From: an uncultured Acidobacteriota bacterium
Lineage (GTDB): Bacteria > Acidobacteriota > Terriglobia > Terriglobales > Acidobacteriaceae
DNA length: 64,000 nucleotides
Direction: 5' to 3'
Assembly (NCBI GenBank): GCA_963786555.1
Contig: CAWAZO010000008.1
Span: 7,751-71,750, forward strand
The notes under the pieces were generated by a model. It ran no database searches. It saw nothing but the letters and a program-made list of their open reading frames with translations, and was not told the origin of the DNA. Positions 44,481-52,738 of the stretch are shown here, one piece after another; positions within the stretch are counted from its first letter, which is position 1, and every line of letters begins with the position of its first letter. A program made the position numbers and the translations under genes.

Positions 44481-44933
44481 ATGACCTCTGAGCTTGAAAC
44501 CCTTCGCTCGGTGCGGGAGTTGCTGGAATCACAAAGTACGATGACGCTGGCAACGGTGGACGAGCACGGCCATCCGGACGCCGCGCCGCTGTTCTTTTTT
44601 CTGCGGGACGACCTCACGCTTTATTGGCTTTCCTCGGCGGACAGCCGGCACAGCGTCAATCTGCGCGCGCGGCCGCAGGTTGCGGTTGCGGTCTATGCCT
44701 CGGTGAATCGCTGGGAGAAGATTCGCGGGGTGCAACTGGAGGGCACGGCGTCTGAGGTGTCGGACCCGCAGCAGCGCCGCGAGATCATCGCCGGCTATCG
44801 GCGCCGCTTTCGGCTGGGAGTGCTGCTTTCTGCCGCCATCACGCAATCGACGCTCTATGCCTTCCGCCCAAGCTGGATACGCTACACCGATAATTCGCAA
44901 GGATTTGGCTATCGCGTCGAGATGGAAATGTAA
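44481..44933 (+). CDS. Pyridoxamine 5'-phosphate oxidase-family (FMN-binding split barrel) protein
   Basis: STMTLATVDEHGHPDAAPLFFFLRDDLTLYWLSSADSRHSVNL...WEKIRGVQLEGTA. Confidence 0.7.
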   Translation: MTSELETLRSVRELLESQSTMTLATVDEHGHPDAAPLFFFLRDDLTLYWLSSADSRHSVNLRARPQVAVAVYASVNRWEKIRGVQLEGTASEVSDPQQRREIIAGYRRRFRLGVLLSAAITQSTLYAFRPSWIRYTDNSQGFGYRVEMEM

Positions 44934-44984
44934 TTGCACGTCGCTGTGGTGAAGACCTGACGTGACTGTCGTGTTGCCTGGGAT

Positions 44985-45001
44985 TTAACGCTACGTTAAC
45001 A
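44985..45001 (+). promoter_or_regulatory. Candidate Pho box upstream of pstC
   Basis: TTAACGctacgTTAACA: direct repeats at 11-bp period, about 90 nt upstream of ATG 45090. Confidence 0.3.
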
Positions 45002-45089
45002 AAGCTCTGCTAACTTGGCAGAGTGAGTACGGTCCCTTCCAATCAGTGCTCCCCGCGTTCCCAGCCCTGTTTTTGGCAAACCGCATGTC

Positions 45090-46086
45090 ATGGGCGAAAA
45101 TCGTAGTCCGCTGGAACGGGAGCGAACGCCCGCCCCCACGCGCCGCATCAAGTTGCGAGCGGGGCTGAGCGACCAAGTTCGCCGACGACTCTTTTCGCTA
45201 CGCCATGCTGACCTGTTCGCTTTCGGTGATGGCGATTGTCGTGCTGATCCTGCACGAGCTAATTACCCGCTCCAGGCTTTCGGTCGCCAAGTTTGGTTTC
45301 GAGTTTTTCCTTGGTTCAGATTGGGACCCGGTTTCCGGGCAATTCGGTGCATTTCCGTTTATTTACGGAACTCTGGTTTCATCGCTGGTTGCGTTGCTGC
45401 TGGCGGTGCCGCTGGCGGTTGGGGTCGCGGTGTTCATCACCGAGATTTGTCCCAAGGCCTTGCGGGGTTTCACTTCGTTTACGGTGGAGTTGCTGGCGGC
45501 GATCCCGAGCGTTATCTATGGTCTTTGGGCAATTTTTATTCTTGCTCCGCTGCTGCGCAACTGGGTTCAGCCGGCTCTGGCCAAATCGCTGGGCTGGACA
45601 GGGCTTTTCACCGGTCCGCCGTTTGGCATCGGCATGCTGGCCGCCGGAATCATCCTGGCAATCATGATCATCCCCATCATCGCGTCGATCACCCGAGAGG
45701 TGCTGGTCGCCGTGCCGCGCCACCAACGTGAGGCGGTGCTGGCGCTGGGAGCGACGCGGTGGGAAATGGTTCGCATGGGCGTGCTGCGCAACGGACGCGC
45801 CGGTATCCTCGGGGCCGTCATCCTTGGCCTGGGCCGCGCCATGGGTGAAACCATGGCCGTCACGATGGTGATCGGCAACCGGCCGGAAATCGCCAAGTCG
45901 CTGTTTGCGCCCGCCTACACCATGGCAAGCGTCATCGCCAATGAATTTACCGAGGCCACGGGCGATCTCTACCTCAGCGCGCTGGTCGAAATTGGGCTGG
46001 TCCTGCTGCTGCTCACCATCGTCGTCAATGGGTTAGCCCGCCTGCTGATCTGGTCCATCACCCGCGGCACGCCTTCGAGAGTGTGA
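45090..46086 (+). CDS. pstC: Phosphate ABC transporter permease PstC; one frame break near 45170
   Basis: N-terminus in ORF 45090.., body in ORF 45205..46086. FGAFPFIYGTLVSSLVALLLAVPLAVGVAVF; EAVLALGATRWEMV. Confidence 0.85.
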
Positions 46087-46949
46087 TGTCGAAAGTCAAA
46101 CAACACGTTTCTTTATGGCGCCGCACGGCGAACGTACTCTTTGCGGCCGGTGCCGGAACGGCGGCGATTCTGGTGCTGGCGCCACTGTTCGCGATTCTCT
46201 CCTACCTGGTTTATAAGGGTGTGGGCTCCATCAACTGGGAGTTCCTGACCAATACGCCGCAGCCGGTTGGCGAAGCGGGCGGCGGAATGGGAAATGCAAT
46301 CCTTGGCTCCGCGTTGATTCTTGGTATCGCCAGCCTGATCGGAGTGCCGCTCGGGATCGGAGCCGGTATTTACGTCTCGGAATTCGGGCGCGGAAAATAC
46401 GCCAATATGGTTCGCTTTACGGCCGATGTGCTGAACGGCGTTCCTTCCATTGTGATCGGCATCGCGGCCTACACGCTGGTGGTGCTCCGCCAGGGACATT
46501 TTTCCGCAATGGCCGGAGGCGTGGCCCTGGGTATTATGATGGTTCCTACCGTGGCCCGGACTACGGAGGAGATGTTGCTGATGGTTCCACATTCGGTGCG
46601 CGAGGCGGCCTTGGCATTGGGCGTTCCCCAGTGGCGCAGCACCCTTTCGGTGGCCTTGCGTACGGCGAGGTCGGGAATCATCACGGGAGTCATGCTGGCA
46701 TTTGCGCGCGTGGCGGGCGAGACGGCGCCGCTGCTGTTTACCGCCTTCGGCAATCAGTACTGGAATACGAATCCGAATCAGCCTACCGCCGCGTTGCCGC
46801 TGCAAATCTTCACCTATGCCATCTCGCCATTCGATGAGTGGCACCGGCAGGCATGGGCGGGAGCACTGGTCTTGATCGTCCTGATTGTCCTGGCCGTCGC
46901 GGTGGTGCGCCTGGCGGCGCGCCGCGGTTCCTTTGCGCAACAATCCTGA
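46083..46949 (+). CDS. pstA: Phosphate ABC transporter permease PstA
   Basis: Overlaps the pstC stop (GTGATG). GGMGNAILGS; REAALALGVPQWRSTLSVAL. Confidence 0.9.
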   Translation: MMSKVKQHVSLWRRTANVLFAAGAGTAAILVLAPLFAILSYLVYKGVGSINWEFLTNTPQPVGEAGGGMGNAILGSALILGIASLIGVPLGIGAGIYVSEFGRGKYANMVRFTADVLNGVPSIVIGIAAYTLVVLRQGHFSAMAGGVALGIMMVPTVARTTEEMLLMVPHSVREAALALGVPQWRSTLSVALRTARSGIITGVMLAFARVAGETAPLLFTAFGNQYWNTNPNQPTAALPLQIFTYAISPFDEWHRQAWAGALVLIVLIVLAVAVVRLAARRGSFAQQS

Positions 46950-47033
46950 TGTTCAATCCACCGAAGTTCCTCCAATCTGAATTGCGGTGGACGGCAGCTT
47001 GGCTGCCGCGGGGAGAAAGGGGCCCGTGCTGGA

Positions 47034-47795
47034 ATGGGCGTGGGTATTGATGTCCAGGATCTGAATGCGTGGTTTGGCAAAGCACAGGTACTGAACGACA
47101 TCAAAATGAAAGTTGAGCCCGGCCACGTGACGGCCATTATCGGACCGTCCGGCTGTGGCAAGTCGACCTATATACGATGTTTGAACCGCATGCACGAGAC
47201 GCTGCCGGATGCGCATGTCTCCGGACGGGTGATCGTCGGCGATCTCGATGTGTACGACAGCGCCACCGCCGCCGTGGATGTGCGTCGGCGTATTGGCATG
47301 GTCTTTCAAAAGCCGAATCCGTTTCCGACCATGTCGATTTACGACAATGTTGCCGCCGGACTGAAGTTGAACGGCTTCCGCAATCGGCATGAACTCGACG
47401 AGGTCGTCGAACAATCGTTGCAATTGGCCGCCCTGTGGGATGAAGTCAAGGACGTGCTCAAAAAGAAGTCGGGTGCGAGTCTCTCCGGCGGACAGCAGCA
47501 GCGGCTCTGCATTGCGCGCGCCTTGGCCGTGGCGCCTGAAGTTCTGCTGATGGACGAGCCCGCTTCGGCCCTGGACCCGATCTCAACCGGCAAGATCGAA
47601 GAGCTGATTTTCCAGTTGAAAGAGCGCTACACGGTCGTCATTGTGACGCATAATATGCAGCAGGCCGCGCGCGTAGCCGACTACACGGGATTCTTCCTGA
47701 TGGGGAATCTGGTCGAGTTCGACAAAACGCAAAAGATCTTTACCACCCCCTCCGATCAACGCACGGAGGATTACATCACAGGCAGGTTTGGATGA
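47034..47795 (+). CDS. pstB: Phosphate ABC transporter ATP-binding protein PstB
   Basis: GPSGCGKST; [14 protein letters not shown]; [12 protein letters not shown]; [11 protein letters not shown]. Confidence 0.95.
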   Translation: MGVGIDVQDLNAWFGKAQVLNDIKMKVEPGHVTAIIGPSGCGKSTYIRCLNRMHETLPDAHVSGRVIVGDLDVYDSATAAVDVRRRIGMVFQKPNPFPTMSIYDNVAAGLKLNGFRNRHELDEVVEQSLQLAALWDEVKDVLKKKSGASLSGGQQQRLCIARALAVAPEVLLMDEPASALDPISTGKIEELIFQLKERYTVVIVTHNMQQAARVADYTGFFLMGNLVEFDKTQKIFTTPSDQRTEDYITGRFG

Positions 47796-48487
47796 ATCGG
47801 ACCAGGTTCCAACAAGGGCTTGATGATCTCAAGCAAAAGCTGCTGCAGATGGGCGGTATGGCGGAGAGTGCGATCGAGGCCGCGGCCGAGTCCTACCTTC
47901 AGCGCGACCCCAAGCTTTGCCAACTCGTCTTCGAACGGGAAGATGCGATCAACACGGCTGAACGCGCCATCGATGAACTTGCGCTCGACCTGCTTGCCAT
48001 GCAGCAACCCATGGCGGTCGACCTGCGCTTCATCGTGGCGGTGCTGAAGATCAACTCGGACATCGAACGCGTTGGCGATCAGGCGGTGAACATCGCACAG
48101 CGCACGATGGACCTGCTGGCAGAGCCCGAGGTCGCTGAGATTCCGGTCGATATCGGACGGATGACGGCAACCGTATCGACCATGATGCGGCGCGCGCTCG
48201 AGTCTTTCCTCTCCGGAAAGGCGGATGTCGCCCAAGCCGTTTTGGAAATGGATAACATCGTTGACCGCATGAAGGACGAAGCCTTCGTCATTCTAGTGCA
48301 GCGCATGAAGCAGAACCCGGAGCGGGCGCAAGTCTATCTCGACGTGCTGCTGATTACGCGCAACCTGGAGCGGGTGGCCGACCACGCCACGAATATTTCC
48401 GAAGACGTAATCTTCTGGGTCCGCGGCGCCGATGTCCGTCACCGGGTTGGCCTCGATCCGGAAGACCGTCCGTCCATACCGCAGTAG
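47792..48487 (+). CDS. phoU: Phosphate signalling complex protein PhoU
   Basis: ATGA overlap with pst[52 protein letters not shown] and a second repeat ...[17 protein letters not shown]. Confidence 0.9.
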   Translation: MNRTRFQQGLDDLKQKLLQMGGMAESAIEAAAESYLQRDPKLCQLVFEREDAINTAERAIDELALDLLAMQQPMAVDLRFIVAVLKINSDIERVGDQAVNIAQRTMDLLAEPEVAEIPVDIGRMTATVSTMMRRALESFLSGKADVAQAVLEMDNIVDRMKDEAFVILVQRMKQNPERAQVYLDVLLITRNLERVADHATNISEDVIFWVRGADVRHRVGLDPEDRPSIPQ

Positions 48488-48636
48488 GCGCGGCTTCCCG
48501 GCGGTTGTGCCTTGGCGACGGCCAGAGCTAACCCCGATTTGCGAAAGGTATTTTCCAGGAAGGCCGGCATCCCCGGCCTGACTGTGCCGCAATCGCTGTT
48601 AACCGGTTCAGGTCGCCCGCCATTGTGGCGTTCGCC

Positions 48637-49116
48637 TCACGCGACGGGCGATGTGGTTTCCTGCTTGGCGTTACCTGTCAACAGAACCGATTTCAGGTTC
48701 TCGCACGCCGGCGCGGCACGGTAAATCTCGCATTCATAGCAATCTTTGCCCGGCCAGCAGCAGGTGTGGTGAACCCAACAGGGATTGGAAGACTCAGCCG
48801 TAGTGGCGCACTGGCTTCGCTCCACACCGTCACAATGGCGGACGTCCCAGCACGGCAGCAGGGCAAGCAGATGGCGGACGCCGGCAAAGTTCAACCGGTA
48901 GTCGCGCACCAGGCGCATCAACGTTTCGATCCACGGATAGTCCCGTTCGGTGTAGTAGCGGGTGCCCTTGGAAGACTTGATGGGTATGAGGAGTCCCTCG
49001 CGCTCATAAAGCCGGAGCAGATCCACGGAGATATTGAAATGCCGAGCCACACCGCCGATCTTGATTTTGCGCTCTGGCTTTGCGATGGGGGCTGAAGGAT
49101 TCGGCTCTGAAAGCAT
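48637..49116 (-). CDS. MerR-family regulator with a nine-Cys C-terminal domain
   Basis: From ATG 49116: KIKIGGVARHFNISVDLLRLYEREGLLIPIKSSKGTRYYTERD (MerR HTH). Tail LLPCWDVRHCDGVERSQCATTAESSNPCWVHHTCCWPGKDCYECEIYRAAPAC. Confidence 0.7.
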   Translation of the reverse strand: MLSEPNPSAPIAKPERKIKIGGVARHFNISVDLLRLYEREGLLIPIKSSKGTRYYTERDYPWIETLMRLVRDYRLNFAGVRHLLALLPCWDVRHCDGVERSQCATTAESSNPCWVHHTCCWPGKDCYECEIYRAAPACENLKSVLLTGNAKQETTSPVA

Positions 49117-49150
49117 AGCTACCTCAAAACTATCGACAAGGTCGAGACTA

Positions 49151-49172
49151 CTTGCAACCATAGAATTGCAAG
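49151..49172. promoter_or_regulatory. Palindrome overlapping promoter-like hexamers next to the MerR gene (candidate operator)
   Basis: cttgcaa-ccatagaa-ttgcaag, 35-56 nt upstream of the MerR start. On the + strand, TTGCAA - 16 nt - TGATAA. Confidence 0.4.
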
Positions 49173-49661
49173 CTGATAACCAATCTCCCCACCGTACACC
49201 ACATTTTAACCCTTGCAGTTTCAATGTCTTACCGGGATGCACCGAAACCGCTCGAGAAATCGTGAGCAGAGCGGCGCGAAAACACGCAAGCGAAGTGCGA
49301 TATTACCCAAAACGGGAAAGCGAGGCGCGGAGCGCGCGAAAGCCGTTCCCGAGTTGATGTACCCCAGAAAAAGTTGACGATCCCAAGGACGACGATTCCA
49401 GCGTGTCGCTTTAGGGTTGAGTAAATACGCAGATCGTCATGTCCGTCACCCTAACGCGCCGAGCCTCGTCGGCGACCCAAATCGGCTCGTAACCGCGAGC
49501 TTGCTCACGCTGACCTCCGCAGCGAGGACACCGTATCTATCGAGTCACTCCAGAGCAATTCCTTCTTCGTCATGATAGCGCTCCATATCACCGCCGGATC
49601 ACCCGACTCCTTTGCGCCATATAACGTCAGAGAATCCACTCAACCCGTGGCGTTTTTCGGT

Positions 49662-49701
49662 AGTGAGTCCTTTGGATCAAAAGGACTATCACTGTTTTTT
49701 T
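49662..49701 (+). terminator. Rho-independent terminator inside the 675-nt MerR/phosphoesterase spacer
   Basis: agtgagtccttt-ggatca-aaaggactatcact followed by gttttttt. About 90 nt upstream of ATG 49792. Confidence 0.65.
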
Positions 49702-49791
49702 AGTTTTCTTGCCGATGCGCAGGCAACCAAAATCGCGGAGCAACTCAGGCGTGCAGCTTTGGCTTCTATTCATAGGTCGCTGATTGTGTGA

Positions 49792-52522
49792 ATGAATCAA
49801 CAGGAAGGTGTCATGATCGAAGCCTCGGCCCCTGGACGCTACCGGTATTTGACTCTGTGCGCGGTGCTTCTCGCGTTTTCGTATCTCTCGGCGTGTGGCA
49901 GAGGAACCGCCGCATCAACGACTGGCGGCGACTCCTCAACGGGCGGTTCGCAAACCACGCCGACCGCCCCGACCGTGACCCTCAATACCAGCGCAACCAG
50001 CATTGTGGCTGGCGGTTCACTCACGCTGACCGTTGTGGCAAGTAACGCCACCCAGTTCGTCATCTCCGACAACTGCGACAGTCAAACCACTACCGTGCAG
50101 GCAACCGGCGCAGCACAACCGGTCCCAATCACCGTTCCGACTACGCCGGCGACTTGTACCTACACGGCGACGGCCAGCGGTACGGCGCGGAACGGCTGTT
50201 GCCAGTGTTCCGATTACCGTGCAATCTTCGACGACAACGACCGTCGGCATGACGACCAGCACGCCGATCATCGACTCCGGGGCGCCAGTGACTTTCAATG
50301 TCACCGTAACGAACGCCAATTCGGTGTACATCACGAATAACGTGGATAACACGAGCGTTGCGGTTTCGGCAGGCGGCGGGCCGGTGACTATAAATCCTGG
50401 TCCGACGCAGACGAGGACATATACGGTCACGGCTACCGGGGCAAACAACCAGACGGCTTCTGCCCAGGTCACGATCACGGTAATGTCCGTGTCGATCGCG
50501 GCCTCTCCGGCCACGATTGTCAAAGGGAATCCCGCGACCCTGACGGTTACGGCCGCCAATGCGACGCAGGTCGTGATTTCGGATAACCAGGACAGCACGA
50601 CCTACACCTTGACCGGAAGCGGGGAGCCCGCCGCCGGTCAGCCCGACGGCAACCACGATCTACACGGCGACGGCCACCAATGGAAGCGTCACCGCGACAG
50701 CGACGGTTACCGTGACGGTCAATGCCGCGGCTGACATGACCCTGATTAACCACGTCATCTTCCTGATGCAGGAGAATCGCACCTTCGACACCTACTTCGG
50801 GATGTTGAATCAATACCGGGCGAACCAGAAGGATCCCACGTCGGGGCAAGCGTGGAATATCGGCGACGATGGCACTGAGTACGACGTCGACGGGATCGCC
50901 GGAACCAATGGGGTGTTGGCTACCAATTTCGCTCCCAACAAAACCGATGTTGTCACCTGTCCAGTCGACAGGACAATATGGAACGCCTCCCGTCACCTGT
51001 ACGCCGGGCCAGTCCGTCCCGGGACTGGACGGCAGCGCCATCAAGTTGTTCACGTTGGCCACCGCCTGCATCGACGACCTGACCTCCGACTGGGTCGGAA
51101 GCTACGGCGATGTGAGCCCATACAACTTCGCCCCCAGCCGGACGAACCCGAACAATCCCATCATGAATGGCTTTGTCCACATCGCCTATAACTACGCCAA
51201 GAGCGGCAGCGGCAGCGGCGACATGACCGATGATCCCAACGGACAACGCGCCATGGGGTACTACGATCAGAGTTACCTGAACTACTACTACTACATGGCA
51301 TCGCAGTTCGCGCTCTCCGACCGCTGGTTCTCGCCGGTCTCCAGCAAGAGCACGCCGAACCGTTTAGCCACCATGACCGGCGGCACCACGCAAGGCCTGG
51401 TCTACGATCCCTTCGACGACGACAAGTTCACAAATTTTCAGTTTTCGACCCCGACCATCTTCGGCAAACTGGATAAAGCCGGGGTGTCGTGGAAAATTTA
51501 TTACGGCCTGACCAATGGCGGCTGTACGGACCAGGACGGCGACTGCGGAACCGTGGACGCCTTTCCTTCGATCACCTTCGCCGATTTCACCGATTCGTAT
51601 AAGTATCTGTATTCGCCACAATCGGGCGCAGCCTGCTCTGCCACGACAACGGCGATTGGCACCGGCGCGAATATGTTTTGCATGGACACGACTCACATTG
51701 CTCCCATCGGCCAGTACTTCACCGATGTCGCCAACGGAACGCTTCCCAGCTTTGCCTTTATCGAGCCCGCCTACGGCCACAATGACGAGCATCCGGGTTC
51801 GGGCCAGTCGATACTGTGGGGACAGGCTGAGGTCGCGAGTCTGGTCAATAAGCTGATGGCCACCAGCGGAATGCCGAATGATTCGTGGAAGGATTCGGTT
51901 TTCTTCCTTTCCTACGACGAGGGCGGCGGACCGTTCGACCACGTTCCCCCGGTTCCCAATTACTCCAACATTTCACCAGCCCGGCAACGGGGATCGCGTC
52001 GAACGTTAGCATTCCCGATATTTCCAGTATCGCGGTCAACCCGGATCCTCCGCCCAGTAACCCCAGTGGGCCGCCTTACTTCCCTTGTCCGGCGAATGGA
52101 ACGCCTCTTGCCGGGTCCACGACGCCGACACCGACCCTGCACTGCGACCTCAAGGACCACGGGAACTACCAGGACCCCGGCTACAATGCCGGCGATGCCG
52201 CGGCGATCGATGGATTTGCGGCTCAGCTCGGCTTCCGGCTGCCGAACATGGTCATCTCTCCGTTCACCCGGAGACATTACGTTTCCCACGTTCCGATGGA
52301 TCACACGGCGATCCTGAAGTTTGTGGAAGATCGCTTCATCGGCGACCACAAGTACCTCACCCAGCGCGATGCGGCGCAGCCGAATCTGGCTGATCCCACC
52401 TGGGTTTCTTCGACTTCGTCAACCCCCCTTGGGCCACGCCGCCTGTCGCAAGCACTATCCCGACGCCCATTCCGGCCACAGGCACGGGCAGCAAGCCGTG
52501 TGCGCCGGCAGCGATGCATTAG
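49792..52522 (+). CDS. Lipoprotein with three Ig-like repeats fused to a phosphoesterase (non-haemolytic phospholipase C / AcpA family) domain; at least 5 frame breaks
   Basis: Lipobox LLAFSYLSAC. Repeats TVTLNTSATSIVAGGSLTLTVVASNATQFVISDN..., ...APVTFNVTVTNANSVYITNN..., ...ATIVKGNPATLTVTAANATQVVISDN.... Catalytic start INHVIFLMQENRTFDTYFG; ...FAFIEPAYGHNDEHPGS...; ...RLPNMVISPFTRRHYVSHVPMDHTAILKFVEDRF. My frame translation puts the stop at 52520-52522. Confidence 0.75.
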
Positions 52523-52690
52523 AGCGGTTCCCGAGAGGCTTATATCCTCTCGGAATTGTTCCCGGGCGTCGCTCTCGCTCCCTGTCGGTCGCAACGGCCG
52601 ATGGACCGCGGCTTCGGGAAACATCATCTCGGAAACCGCTGTAACCGCCGGAGCGCGTAACCCAGCCGCCTCGGCTTACTCAGTGACTAC

Positions 52691-52722
52691 AAAGCCGCGA
52701 TCTTCGGATCGCGGCTTTTGCT
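52691..52722. terminator. Bidirectional hairpin terminator between convergent genes
   Basis: aaagccgcgatc-ttcg-gatcgcggcttt, then tgctt. A/T flanks on both sides. Confidence 0.6.
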
Positions 52723-52738
52723 TGGCGACAGCGGGACA

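Noticed and set aside
49034-49357. 107-aa + strand ORF spanning the MerR start region
   Set aside because: It overlaps the MerR gene antisense and continues into the spacer as a highly basic low-complexity peptide. It has no RBS and no family resemblance.
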